Positions 32,625 to 43,720 are shown, counted from the stretch's first letter. The stretch: 64,000 bases of DNA from an uncultured virus (IMG/VR IMGVR_UViG_3300009128_000001) (IMGVR_UViG_3300009128_000001), one strand, 5' to 3'. Notes: generated by a model from the letters alone, not told the origin. Translations and numbers: made by a program.

Positions 32625-32861
32625 TCATTCGTACACCGTTTCAAATCTGTCAGGAGGAGTACATAACATCAATCGACTACCACAATCCCAATCTACTGAA
32701 ATTTGATAACAACGATTATATTCCTCGTATTTAACGTTAGTAATTGTGCCCATTTCTCCGGAGGCAATAGGAGAAGGATCGTTTTTCATACTAATCATAC
32801 GAATCCTTGTGCCCATCTTATACGGACACATCTGCTGCATTATATCACTCGTCAGACTCAT
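32625..32861 (-). CDS. DUF4314-like SH3-fold protein
   Basis: GTRIRMISMKND..I..GEMGTI..V.WDCGSRLML..DRF. Confidence 0.7.
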   Translation of the reverse strand: MSLTSDIMQQMCPYKMGTRIRMISMKNDPSPIASGEMGTITNVKYEEYNRCYQISVDWDCGSRLMLCTPPDRFETVYE

Positions 32862-33788
32862 TATCATTCTCCGTCTTAAATTTAGCCTCACAAGACTTGA
32901 CCACATATTTATCTTCAGAAATATTGCCGGCGAAATATCCACCCTTGATAGCTTGGTTCATGATAAATTGAGTATCTCCAACAACAAGCCTGTGCAATTC
33001 ATCCTTATCCTCTACCGTCGCATCATCATAATAAAGATCTATTTCAACTGTTACTTTCATTGTCGATCCACCTAAATGCGTATTCTAGCTCGCTTTCTGC
33101 CGTACAATCCGGTGTCCAATACGAATCCCAAAGCTCAGCAGCCTTAGCGTAAATCATCTTTTTAGTTTTATTATCCAAAAATTCATGTTCAATAAAAACT
33201 TGATCCATCCGCATATCATGATAACAAACATCCCAATACCACATATCCCTTATCCCGCCAGTAAGGTTCGGATTCCTATAGAATGTAATATGGACATACT
33301 CGGGGTAGTTGTCAAGCTTAATCGAGAACTTTTGCAAAACTTCCATGATAACTCACCTGAAGGACTTGAAAGCCTCATCCCATTTTTTAAGACTTTCACT
33401 CATCTCTTCCAACCCCTGAACATAAGCGAGCATCTGTTTGACTTGCGGACTTTCTGATTTTACATCTAGGTATCCAAATCTCCTAAGAAAATAGGCAAAC
33501 TTATCCAAAGCCACGGATGACTTGATAAAAAGTCCTGGCTCTTCTTTTGACGATTTCACTTTTATAATTCCATTAGTCTTTAATTGGCGATTCTTTCCCA
33601 ATCATGTAGGAGAAAAAAGTCTTTCCTTGTTTATTGGCGATGAATTCAATTACCGCATGTACCGCTACAGATTTGGCGCTAGAAAATCCGCCATGAGCAT
33701 CAACCCACGATCTGGCTTGGTTTAATATTTTTTTGCGCTCATCTTCGTCTATCAATGTTAGTCTCATGGTCTTGTCCTTATTTAATAG

Positions 33789-33864
33789 TGGGACACCAGG
33801 GGATTGCACCCTGCTAAAGAACCTTATAAGGATTCCGCCTTGCCACTAGCCGAGCCTGTGTCCC
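33789..33864 (-). tRNA. tRNA-Ile (anticodon UAU), atypical T-loop
   Basis: GGGACAC/GTGTCCC acceptor; GAATC-CTTATAA-GGTTC; CAGGG-TGCAATC-CCCTG. Confidence 0.7.
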
Positions 33865-34268
33865 AATTAAATGGCGGGCCTAACTTAATTGTTTAATGTC
33901 CATTGTTCCCGACCCACCCAAACAACAATAGACTGTGGATTTCGTATTAGCTTGTTTTTCCTTGTTACCAAACCCACACAATCTAAGGAAAACAGAGGTT
34001 GGTTTGCATACGACCTATAGCCAGATCCAACTACACTATAAAACGGAGCGTTTCTTTTAAAAACCACCTAACCCTTATTACAACGCACAATATTTCAAGA
34101 TTAGGTTACTAGATTAGGCCTTAAATCCCCGCATAACCAGAGCTAGCAAATTATGCAGTTACATATCTTTCATCAACAATTCCCTCCACTCTCTATATTC
34201 AATCACTAGGACCGTAAAGCCCTTCAGGAATATAAGTCTGCTTCTACGGAAATCTCCAAAAGAAACGG

Positions 34269-34351
34269 TGCTCACTCCGGGACTCGAACCCGGACTCCTT
34301 TTGGGAAAGAGTTTTTAAGACTCTCGTGGCTACCTGTTACACCAAGTGAGC
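34269..34351 (-). tRNA. tRNA-Leu (UAA)
   Basis: GCTCACT/AGTGAGC; AGAGT-CTTAAAA-ACTCT; long variable arm; CCGGG-TTCGAGT-CCCGG. Confidence 0.9.
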
Positions 34352-34392
34352 AATTTTATTTACTATTTAAGGTAATAACTAGACATATAGAT

Positions 34393-35085
34393 ATGACACA
34401 TAAAAAAGTATACCAAGTTTCAGACGAAGAGTTTATTAAAGCCGCACAAGAATGTGATAATATTAGGCAGGCATTATTATTATTAGGTTTGAAAGCAGTT
34501 GGTGGTAATTATGATGTTTTTAAAAGGCGCTGTATTAAGCTTGGCATAAAAGTTCCAAATACTAACGTTCAAAAAAGAGATCAACAAATCATAAGACAAA
34601 GTATTATAAACAATGATATAGTGACTGCTTGTCAATTGTTATACAGTAGGGCGGCTGTGTTAAAAAAACTTAACCTTAAACATACAATAAATTCTAACAT
34701 TAAATGGATTGACAAAAAAATTGTTGAATTAAAAATAAACACAACCCATTGGACCGGACAGGCTCATCTAAGAGGAAAGACTCATAATTGGAGCAAAAAG
34801 ACTCCATTAAAAGAAATTATGATTAAGAACAGTCAATATACGAATACTCATAATTTAAAACGCAGGCTAATTAAAAAAGGGCTGCTTAAGAACATTTGCG
34901 CCGAGTGTGGAATAAATATGTGGAAAAATAAACCGCTATCATTGCATCTTGATCATATGAACGGAGAACGAACAGACAATAGATTGAAAAATTTACGATT
35001 ACTATGTCCTAATTGTCATTCTCAAACAGAAACATATTGCGGTAAAAATAAAGGAAAACAAAATATTTCTCAGGAAGATGGATAA
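34393..35085 (+). CDS. HNH endonuclease
   Basis: CAECG..LHLDHMNGERTDNRLKNLRLLCPNCHSQT; divergent from tRNA-Leu. Confidence 0.9.
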   Translation: MTHKKVYQVSDEEFIKAAQECDNIRQALLLLGLKAVGGNYDVFKRRCIKLGIKVPNTNVQKRDQQIIRQSIINNDIVTACQLLYSRAAVLKKLNLKHTINSNIKWIDKKIVELKINTTHWTGQAHLRGKTHNWSKKTPLKEIMIKNSQYTNTHNLKRRLIKKGLLKNICAECGINMWKNKPLSLHLDHMNGERTDNRLKNLRLLCPNCHSQTETYCGKNKGKQNISQEDG

Positions 35086-35546
35086 GTTATATAAAGATTT
35101 GCATGAGCCAACGTTCTAGCTAGAGCGGCAGTTTCAGTAAGAATATCAACAGCCCGACATTTATTTTCATCAAACTTAATAGTCGGCGGCTCAATAGCAA
35201 AAGGATGCTTTACACTTCGATGGTAAATTGAATTAGATAACTTGGCTATTGCATATTCGTCTTTGAAATCATACATTCTAGGAGGAATGTCTATGCGAGA
35301 TTCCATCAATTTAAAAGCGCCGGCAAGCCAAACAAGGGCGCTTTTTTTCGGATCATCAAGATTTTCTACTAGGGAGTGAGCTGTAGTATCTGGCGCCTTC
35401 CAATCAGGGAGCCAACGTGTAAATTCTTTGTGCCACCATAAGCCCCAAACTTCTTCTTTCCATTGAACTAAAGACGAGTCCGTTTCTTCGTATAAGCCAA
35501 ACTCGCGGCAATCACTATAAAACATTTCGATGATATAATCAAGCAT
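35070..35546 (-). CDS. Hypothetical protein
   Basis: ORF in co-oriented gene run. Confidence 0.6.
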   Translation of the reverse strand: MLDYIIEMFYSDCREFGLYEETDSSLVQWKEEVWGLWWHKEFTRWLPDWKAPDTTAHSLVENLDDPKKSALVWLAGAFKLMESRIDIPPRMYDFKDEYAIAKLSNSIYHRSVKHPFAIEPPTIKFDENKCRAVDILTETAALARTLAHANLYITYPSS

Positions 35547-35607
35547 ATTAAGCACGACCAATTCTCCACTATTTATTCCACCACATGCCCATACATTGTA
35601 CTACCAA

Positions 35608-35919
35608 TTATAAAAACTCAAATACCCTTTTTCTCTTCAAAAGATCTTCAAAAAAGAAATGACAATTGTAGGACCGATAATCTTCATCGTATTCTATATG
35701 GTCTATAATATTAAGGAGCGTATCAACATAACCCAGTAAGTTGTCCCCACGTTCATCAAAAAAAGTTACAAGATAGTAACGCAAGCTTTCTGCGCAATAT
35801 CGGCCTACTATCATTCCTTTAGCCCTTTTGTACTCCCCTCCATCTACAATAATTCTCTCCCCCAATTTATATTTATATGGAGGAATTATATCTTCTTTAT
35901 TTTTGTCTATGATATTCAT
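35608..35919 (-). CDS. SH3/KOW-like protein ending FEFL
   Basis: YKYKLGERIIVD..GMIVGR..YLVTF. Confidence 0.65.
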   Translation of the reverse strand: MNIIDKNKEDIIPPYKYKLGERIIVDGGEYKRAKGMIVGRYCAESLRYYLVTFFDERGDNLLGYVDTLLNIIDHIEYDEDYRSYNCHFFFEDLLKRKRVFEFL

Positions 35920-35957
35920 TTTATTACTATTATGATATATATCTAACGAGGTATATT

Positions 35958-36344
35958 ATGAATAAAATTATAAAGCTAGCTAATAAATTTGAAAAGATAT
36001 TATCTAAATCCGCCCAACCAGAAGAGGTTGATCAGTCTTGGGAAAAAGACAAGCGAGAGTTAGAACGCCAATTAGCTAATATGGCCGCCAAAATAAATAC
36101 TGATGTAGGGGCCAATGTAATTGAATATGCAGTGCAGAAAGTACCTTCTAATTTACCTCCAGGTGATGCCAAGTATTGGAAATTTATTGTTTGGGTTGGA
36201 GCTACACCAGAGGTAAAAGATCCTCGTGATGAAAAATGGCAAGAAGCTAGCAAGCGCGCTATGTATGAAGCCAAACAAATGATACCACAATGGAAAGAAT
36301 ACTTCAATAGAATTATAGAGGTTGTGTTAGGATACGCAGCGTAA
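35958..36344 (+). CDS. Hypothetical protein (plus strand, possibly late)
   Basis: GAGG RBS; N-terminal KIIKLANKFEKILSKSAQ helix. Confidence 0.7.
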   Translation: MNKIIKLANKFEKILSKSAQPEEVDQSWEKDKRELERQLANMAAKINTDVGANVIEYAVQKVPSNLPPGDAKYWKFIVWVGATPEVKDPRDEKWQEASKRAMYEAKQMIPQWKEYFNRIIEVVLGYAA

Positions 36345-36518
36345 TTAGCATACTATATTTTATTCCGGTATGCCAGCGGAAATGAAAATTGCCTATGGAT
36401 AAAACACTGCAAAAAAGGCCATAGACAATCTAATATTTAACATTTGCGTCCCATTTTTATTTCCTCCAATTGTTTATTGAATTGTAGAAATACGAGATTA
36501 AAAATTAAATATTACAAT

Positions 36519-36947
36519 TTAAAGAAGCTCCCACTTATAAGGAGCCCATTTAAGACCGTTCTTTTTATATAGAAACTCCCCGGAAGTATCCTCATCCCAT
36601 TCCGCTATAAGTTGCCTATTATTCTGCCGCGCATATTCCAATGCCTTTTGAGTAAGCATAGAACCAACTCCACGCCTACGATATTTTACATGAACATATA
36701 CGCCAACCTGCAAATGATAATCGTAACCCTCTGTTACGAATGCCCAGCCGATAATTTTATTACCCTTCCAAGCCAAAAACATTCTACCATCTCGCCTCAC
36801 ATTTAAGTCCCTAAACATTGCGCTGTCATACCAGCCATCACCAATATGACCTGTCAGCTTTAACAACCTGCTAACCATTCTTTTTCGCTTGTAAACATTT
36901 TTGGGCTTATAATCTCGAATGCGGATTTGCCAATTATATTTAGACAT
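36519..36947 (-). CDS. GNAT acetyltransferase
   Basis: IIGWAF, VYVHVKYRRRGVGS acetyl-CoA motif, LYKKNGL. Confidence 0.85.
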   Translation of the reverse strand: MSKYNWQIRIRDYKPKNVYKRKRMVSRLLKLTGHIGDGWYDSAMFRDLNVRRDGRMFLAWKGNKIIGWAFVTEGYDYHLQVGVYVHVKYRRRGVGSMLTQKALEYARQNNRQLIAEWDEDTSGEFLYKKNGLKWAPYKWELL

Positions 36948-37361
36948 AACAGTTATAGGTGTTCAGAGCAGTCTTTTGCTAAATCGTTTGCAGCACTTTG
37001 AAACTTTTCTAAAACTTCTAAGTAATCTTCCTTGCCATCACTATGCTCATTAATCATACCGCCAGCAAACATAAGCGTGTCCAGAATTAGAGCGGCCTTA
37101 GTAGCATGAAACGCAGCTGACTCAAACAACTTCTCATCACGCAGCCGTCTAGCCAGCATAAGTTCATCATAAGCCATGGTAAATGATTTGTCAAGCTCTT
37201 CTGTGGTGCTCATGTTCAGTTCCATTTTTACATCTCCTCTTCGATCCATGCCGTCCAACCATCATTCAAATAACGCCGCAACTCAACAGCAGCCTTAGTA
37301 TAGTTTTTAGTGGTGTATCCTACATGCCGCTCTCGTATGTACATATATATTACTCGAAATA

Positions 37362-37679
37362 TCATGAGCCTACCCATAGCTCAATTGTCTTTTTGGCATG
37401 ATCCACAATAATATGCTCCAAACGCAAATCGCCAAGACAATGACCCCATATACCATATTTCTCTTCATCCTTGTAAATTTTATAATAACGATCTACAATC
37501 TTGTTAATCAGATTGCTAAGGTCTACACCGCTTTTGCCGGATTTTATTTTAAACTCAGCAGGGCGAGATAAAGGATAATCGATAACAAGAGTATATGTAG
37601 TGTTAGGTTTTAGGGATGCGGTGCCTTTTTTACGCCAAGTTTCTATATGAATATCACATTCAGCTACTTGTCTGTTCAT
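37362..37679 (-). CDS. Hypothetical protein, paralog of 1080..1400
   Basis: PNTTYTLVIDYPLS, GIWGHCLGDL. Confidence 0.75.
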   Translation of the reverse strand: MNRQVAECDIHIETWRKKGTASLKPNTTYTLVIDYPLSRPAEFKIKSGKSGVDLSNLINKIVDRYYKIYKDEEKYGIWGHCLGDLRLEHIIVDHAKKTIELWVGS

Positions 37680-38212
37680 TTTTCAACATCCTTTAGCGCG
37701 GCATGAAAGCCTTTGATAAAAAATGAAATCTTTGCCAAATCGCCAGTTTCTTCTAATTGTTTTTCTAATGAGCCATCAGTATATTTTGCGCCACCATTTC
37801 TACGTATATATTCTTCATCGTTATAGCAAGAAATATTTTGAACAACTAAAAGCTCATAATCTCCCCGACGGTCCTTATCCACATAATAACGAGGTAGTAA
37901 TGAATACCAGTGAAACTGATTTTCTTGCCTAAATGCTGTTAACAAAGCTCCCATTTGTTCCACGGTAAATTTGGGAATAGTATAGCCTTGCCAACCAAGC
38001 CGATAATAATCTAAACTGGGATCTTTTCGGTCGTTCATTCATCAATCTCCAGCCTTGTGCCGTCTTTATCTGTCATCCACTCTGGTTCTGGCTTTTCTTC
38101 AGGCCAATCCCACCACATATACCAATGCTTCTCACACCAATATCCAGGTGCAATATAATCTACATCACCATCACAACCAGGAGCCTCACAGTGTTCAGGG
38201 GTTTTTTCTTCA

Positions 38213-38515
38213 TTATTCATAGCGCGGCCTATATTTTGGTTCTTCTTCAGCAATATGATCTTGAATAATTATCGCAAGCTCACTTCCACCACGAACAGAA
38301 TAGATATCTCCATACTCATATTCGCTTAGTGTTTCTCGCAAATAGTCACACTGCACATCAAATTGCAACTGATCCTTTGGCGTAATTATCCCCTGATCAT
38401 CCTCTTCCGCCTCAATAGGAATACTAGCCAATGGTTCCAAATGATTATACCACCAACCGCCTTCTTCTGGACCACCATAATGACGGGTTTCTGAATATGC
38501 GTTGATATAAAACAT
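38213..38515 (-). CDS. Conserved phage hypothetical protein
   Basis: RHYGGPEEGGWWY, RPRYE. Confidence 0.7.
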   Translation of the reverse strand: MFYINAYSETRHYGGPEEGGWWYNHLEPLASIPIEAEEDDQGIITPKDQLQFDVQCDYLRETLSEYEYGDIYSVRGGSELAIIIQDHIAEEEPKYRPRYE

Positions 38516-38757
38516 ATTTACGGATCCAGTCTATCGTTAATTTTTTCAGCTATTTTCTCTTTTAAGAAATCCAAAATTCCCAGCATCTTGGATTTAGGTA
38601 TTACTACGCGATTTTGTTTTTTAGCCTCGCCTGAAGAATCTATGAATTCTATTAGTATTTTTGCCTCAGTTTCATCATCAATTTTTTCTGACGATGTATA
38701 TACAATTAATTGTGGATCATAATATCTAATTATATGCGAGTACATAATTATTACTCA

Positions 38758-39225
38758 CTATTCTGAATGTGTTGTGGCGCCAGCCCATTCGATATATGGT
38801 TGTGCTTCTTGTATTAAACGCTCTTTTAACATCTTAAGATACTGTAAAGCAGCGTCATCGCCCCGATCTGTCCCGCCCCAATAACCATTCCAATTTAAAT
38901 AAGGAAGCCTATTAAGACTTATATGTGCTATTAGTTTAAATATTGTCGGTTCTACAATCCATTTTTCTTCCGTAACATCACTATCCGGAATATTATATGG
39001 TTTTCTTAATTCTGTTTTATCTTTTGTTCTGTATACAAATAACCTTGTATCTGGCGGTATACATCCGCACAGAGCTAATAAACAACCTTGAATAGATGGG
39101 CACACACATATTCTCGCTACTTCCGGCTCAAAATCTGCCCGATGAAATCCCCTTTTCCTCGGACGCAATAAAACAATTTTGTCCCAGGAAGAAAACTCCG
39201 TAATATGATACCCATATTCTTTCAT
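38758..39225 (-). CDS. Hypothetical protein, possible ADP-ribosyltransferase-like fold
   Basis: YH..PR..E...RICVCPSIQGCLLA..DSDVTEEKW; functional call tentative. Confidence 0.5.
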   Translation of the reverse strand: MKEYGYHITEFSSWDKIVLLRPRKRGFHRADFEPEVARICVCPSIQGCLLALCGCIPPDTRLFVYRTKDKTELRKPYNIPDSDVTEEKWIVEPTIFKLIAHISLNRLPYLNWNGYWGGTDRGDDAALQYLKMLKERLIQEAQPYIEWAGATTHSE

Positions 39226-40002
39226 TTTTACTCACTATTTTGAATTCGAGCTTCTTCCCACTTATCGGGCAAGAAACCACCACCCACTATCCAATTGTTT
39301 AGAGCAATGGTTAGCTCGGATAGTCTTTCAGCGTCATCTACATCAATTGGTTGGTTATTATCCAATTTGAATAGAATGTTTGCGGATAGCGATAGTATTT
39401 CATCTAGTGTTGCGTTAGGATCCATTTTTATCTCTCTGCTTTTGCTAATAAATTATTTTTCCCACGAGACAATGATTCGGTTATAATAATCATCAAGATA
39501 CTGAACGTGGAAACCCAGCTCTTTAGCAATATATTTTCTTATATTAGAAACTGTTACCGGCTCTCTAAGATCTTGTCCGCCGCATAATGGTAGTTTAATA
39601 GTACAGCGAAAATAACCCATTTTAGCCTGCTCTAAAACAGTAGGAACAACTTCATTATTCCAGAACTTTAAAACGGCCTTTTCTATAATGTTATTTTCGC
39701 AATTTTCAGACAACTTTCTTGCATTGTTTGCTGTAAATTGTTCAACCATTATTTATTTCCTTTGGATTGTACGCTCGCTCTCCAGTGCCATCACAATGTC
39801 TACATATTCCAACAAATGTGCGTCTATAGCCACGACATTCAGGACAAGTAATCTTTTGTGCCGCCTCTATTATTCGTTCCAACGTTTGCATGTCAGACTC
39901 ATGCACAAACCTAACCAAACCTAATTTGCCTGATACATTTCGGCCAAATTTAGCCCTATGTAAAATAGATTCGAAAATGTCAATACTATCATCCATGGTA
40001 TA

Positions 40003-40470
40003 TTAATCCCAAATAGCGCTTACTGGTAATTTTTCCCATGCCCATTTATAACTAGCAAATGCAATCTTATGCTTGTCATAAAGTTTTTTACCATTAGTAT
40101 CCGGCTCAAAATCTGCTACCAATCTCTTGCCTTTTTTCTTGGCATACTTTTTGGCTCTCAATATCAGCTCGTTCCCAATGCCATAACATCTGAATAATTC
40201 GTGCACAAATACCCCAACCTGCAAACGGTCTTCACCATATTTACCGACAAAAGCCCAGCCAACTACACGGCCTTTCTGATGAGCTATAAATACTCGGCCC
40301 TTAACTTTCCAAACCAAATCAAAATATAAAGCACTGATCGGCCAATCTTCCGTTACATATCCGGTAAGATTTTTTAACATCACTACCAGCTCTTTGTCAG
40401 TATATAATTTTTTAGAAGAACATTCCTGGATTGTTATTGGTATTTTACAAATTATTTCGGTAAACTTCAT
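40003..40470 (-). CDS. GNAT acetyltransferase, paralog of 36519..36947
   Basis: VVGWAFV, LQVGVFVHELFRCYGIGN. Confidence 0.8.
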   Translation of the reverse strand: MKFTEIICKIPITIQECSSKKLYTDKELVVMLKNLTGYVTEDWPISALYFDLVWKVKGRVFIAHQKGRVVGWAFVGKYGEDRLQVGVFVHELFRCYGIGNELILRAKKYAKKKGKRLVADFEPDTNGKKLYDKHKIAFASYKWAWEKLPVSAIWD

Positions 40471-40479
40471 GTTTAGCCT

Positions 40480-41112
40480 CTACAGAAATTCTAAACCAGA
40501 ATTCCCTCGTTTGTGATTGCTCTGCCTATACTCGTCAATACCGGATAAAAACCTTCCCTGATCAGATATGTCTTGTAAGTATTTCGGTTTAACTATTTGA
40601 TTTTGTTGGCTCTCTATTTTTATAATATGACTAAGCCCTTTTCGTATTGCATATTTATTCTCATCTGTTGCTGGTAGTTTCAACTCAACAGTCTGCTCAT
40701 CTCTAATACGACAGGCTCCTGACACATCTCTATTCGCCTCTAAAATCAATCCAGTATAACCACGCATATTTTCAGTGTGCATCCCTAATAGTGGCCATGT
40801 CTCATCACAAGTATCTGCGTCATTGCGAATAGTTATTAGATCTCCACGTTTTGGCCGGGGAAACATCTTGATAATATTCTTCTGTTTAAGAGTCCATATT
40901 TTTCTACCAGTATATAACCAAGATAAATAACCGTCTAGGTTAAATATATTAGCTTCTTTTTCTGTTAGCGTCATGATAGAATCGACCACATCAGATACTG
41001 TTATTATTATGTATTTAGGAACCACACAAACAATTGGGAAAGCGGATCCAATATGACCCTCAGGAATATTATCAGCAGATACAACCGCTATACCACCAAC
41101 TTCAAAATCCAT
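40480..41112 (-). CDS. Hypothetical protein with SDQGR..GLEFL C-terminal tag
   Basis: C-terminal ~30 aa closely similar to those of 45289..45888. Confidence 0.7.
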   Translation of the reverse strand: MDFEVGGIAVVSADNIPEGHIGSAFPIVCVVPKYIIITVSDVVDSIMTLTEKEANIFNLDGYLSWLYTGRKIWTLKQKNIIKMFPRPKRGDLITIRNDADTCDETWPLLGMHTENMRGYTGLILEANRDVSGACRIRDEQTVELKLPATDENKYAIRKGLSHIIKIESQQNQIVKPKYLQDISDQGRFLSGIDEYRQSNHKRGNSGLEFL

Positions 41113-41457
41113 ATTAATTTCTCCAATAAAAATGCCGGTTTTTAGAATGTTTTTATGACAAACGAGGATTACCGGAAACCCTTAACTTTTCTTACTTATT
41201 ATTGTTCTAATTATGTTTATTTGGATGTGGCCTGATAATTACTATATCTGATGCTTTTACACCAAACGGCCGCCATTGATTCAATCCTCCAACCTAATTA
41301 TCAATAAAAAACATTCAACTTCAACTCACTCAACAATCAATACTCTTACTTAATGTTAGTCTTATTTAGGCGGATCTTTATTTCGCATATTCAATTCCAG
41401 ATATAAGGATACACCCAAGCCAAGGCCCAGGTGTATCGGTTATCCTTTCTGGCTTAA

Positions 41458-43530
41458 TTATGCCAAGAACTCAGCACTAATTTTGTCAATGTCGAATGGT
41501 GTAATGCCCTCATCAATAGAGAATACAGTATCAGCCTCTTCTTTGCTTTCAACTAATTCCCCACGAGCATGAGCATGAGCCTCAAACAGTTGATATAGAT
41601 TGGGCTTATTACCCAGGTTTACAATTGATTTTAGCGTATCTTGAATGCTGGCGCGATTGTTTTCTACATTATTCCCATAACGGTTCCAACGACCAGGCGC
41701 AACAGTTTCCCAAGGAGCATTACGCTTAGTAACCAAATCACACCAAATTCCCTTGCGCTCTTTCAAATCAAACACAACAGGAATTGCATTGCGCGAAGCG
41801 GCCCGCAAATCAATCTTCTGTTCAACTGTCTTAGGATCAAAAGTAGCATTTTTTGCCGGCTTATCACGAGTCATCCAGCCAGCATAACAAATCTCATGGT
41901 CAGCAAAATTAGGACCACAATAAACCAATACATTCATTACAATGTATCGAGCGTGTTCCATTGCTTGGTCCATGTTAATGTCAATAAACTCAGCAGCACC
42001 ATTGGGAGCCTGAACAATATCACCACTATGAAATGCTTGGTACTTAGAGCTGCGCAGATTAGTGTACGCAATTCTTTCTACCATATTGAAATTTTCGTCA
42101 TGCAAAGATGCCGACAAGTCAATATCTTGCCCCTTCCAATAGATGAATAGGCGCAACACGTCCTTTTCAGTGATAGGTAGTCTGGTACCCCTAGCAACCT
42201 GAATAAGCCCCTCAGAAGCGCTTCTCTGCTGCATAGGGATAGGACAATTAGCAAGTGCTGGATCAATCCAAACCTTACCCAACTCGTCCAACTCACTAAA
42301 CCTATCAATCAAGGTCTTTTGCAAACCAGAACGAACGCGAGTAATAGTTGGCTTGGTCAATAGCGGCAACTTATCCTTCAGAATAATTGCAGAAGTCATT
42401 GATCCCTTGGGGAAAACAACTCGTTCACGACTTTCTTCATCGCGATTATTGAAGTGACCCATCAATTGGCAAAGAACTCGGGTACTTACCTTATCAGCAA
42501 CCTTATTAAATGAGGTTACAACAGTCCTAGGATCGCCAATCCTTAGCAAATGATCCAATCGACGAGCAAAATCACCCGGCCTATGCGATAGTAAAATGGC
42601 AGCATCCTTAGACTTACCATTAGAAATGCAGCCCTCTACCATAGAATTAAAAGTTTCCAACTTATCATTGCGGGCCTTAAAAGCAAGCTCACATGTCTTT
42701 GGACACGCTTTGACAAAATCACCAATATGGAGATTATGAAATGCCTTTACCCACTTATTCTTATGACGCGCGATGTCATCTTCATTAATTACGCCTTCCA
42801 AAGCATAAGCTAGCTTTCGCCTCTTGCTCTTAGGCAAAGACTTGAATTTAGTATTCGCGGCCAAAGAAATATCACCACCAGACAAATGCGCCATAACACG
42901 CAATACATCAGTAGCATTAGAGACACAGCCTTGAATTGATTTGCCACTCTCAATTAAATGAGAAGCAACCAAACATAGGTTCTCTTTAAAAGGAATGGCT
43001 TTGGGATATTCCAACTTCATATTGGAATTCAAAAACCACTCAACCATCTGGCGATCCTCTTTAGATAAAGAGGTATTGGCAGACAGAAGCGTAGTAAATA
43101 CCTTCCCTACGTCAGACTCAGTACAGGCATCGATTTGAATAAACTTTACATCTTCAAAACCGATTTCTTTTTGAACTTCCTCATACTCAGGAAGCCAAGT
43201 TCCCTCTGACCAATAATGAACAATAGCGTTTAGGAATAGTTCCAAATCACTTGCTTCCATTACCTGTTGTGGGAAATTAGGATACATTGGGCGATACTTC
43301 ACGTCATCACCCTTCATCTTTTTAAGAACAGGGATAACCTCTTCATAAATGCTGACGATTTGCTCTCTATTGTAGGTAGAGATGATCTCATGTAGGTTCT
43401 TGGTCATTACAAAACCAAGGCGCATCATTTCGGCATTAAAAGAGGCAACAATATTTTCATTCCCACTTACTGGACAGCCGCGATGGGCAACAATAGAATG
43501 AAGCTTTTTAACTGTGATTAGAGTTTTCAT
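41458..43530 (-). CDS. Large alpha-helical protein with C-terminal TerD-like domain (candidate Rot/TROVE-TerD)
   Basis: PMYPNFPQQV, NATDVLR, RPGDFARRLDHLLR; TerD-type DIDLSA, HSGDIVQAPNGAAEFIDI. Confidence 0.8.
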   Translation of the reverse strand: MKTLITVKKLHSIVAHRGCPVSGNENIVASFNAEMMRLGFVMTKNLHEIISTYNREQIVSIYEEVIPVLKKMKGDDVKYRPMYPNFPQQVMEASDLELFLNAIVHYWSEGTWLPEYEEVQKEIGFEDVKFIQIDACTESDVGKVFTTLLSANTSLSKEDRQMVEWFLNSNMKLEYPKAIPFKENLCLVASHLIESGKSIQGCVSNATDVLRVMAHLSGGDISLAANTKFKSLPKSKRRKLAYALEGVINEDDIARHKNKWVKAFHNLHIGDFVKACPKTCELAFKARNDKLETFNSMVEGCISNGKSKDAAILLSHRPGDFARRLDHLLRIGDPRTVVTSFNKVADKVSTRVLCQLMGHFNNRDEESRERVVFPKGSMTSAIILKDKLPLLTKPTITRVRSGLQKTLIDRFSELDELGKVWIDPALANCPIPMQQRSASEGLIQVARGTRLPITEKDVLRLFIYWKGQDIDLSASLHDENFNMVERIAYTNLRSSKYQAFHSGDIVQAPNGAAEFIDINMDQAMEHARYIVMNVLVYCGPNFADHEICYAGWMTRDKPAKNATFDPKTVEQKIDLRAASRNAIPVVFDLKERKGIWCDLVTKRNAPWETVAPGRWNRYGNNVENNRASIQDTLKSIVNLGNKPNLYQLFEAHAHARGELVESKEEADTVFSIDEGITPFDIDKISAEFLA

Positions 43531-43551
43531 TTTGTATCCTTAATAAAAAAT

Positions 43552-43615
43552 GGGGAAATTATTAGAGCTGATAACTAATAAATGGTGTTTGAGAAGGAAG
43601 CTCTAATATGGCCCC
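43552..43615 (-). ncRNA. UCCUUCU structured RNA unit A
   Basis: GGGG-CCAT-ATTAGAGCT-TCCTTCT-loop-AGCTCTAAT-AATTT-CCCC. Confidence 0.75.
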
Positions 43616-43624
43616 GCTAAAAAC

Positions 43625-43720
43625 TGGGAAATTACTGAAACTATTTTTTGCTGGTGAATCCAAGATATCCCGAAGGATACCCAGGGTTCGATAAATAGAA
43701 GGAAGCCTCAGTATAGCCCA
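43625..43720 (-). ncRNA. UCCUUCU structured RNA unit B
   Basis: TGGG-CTAT-ACTGAGGCT-TCCTTCT-loop-AGTTTCAGT-AATTT-CCCA. Confidence 0.75.

Noticed and set aside
33885..34067. 60-aa ORF; tmRNA or RNase P RNA
   Set aside because: There is no good start context, and neither a tmRNA T-arm end nor RNase P conserved motifs were seen.
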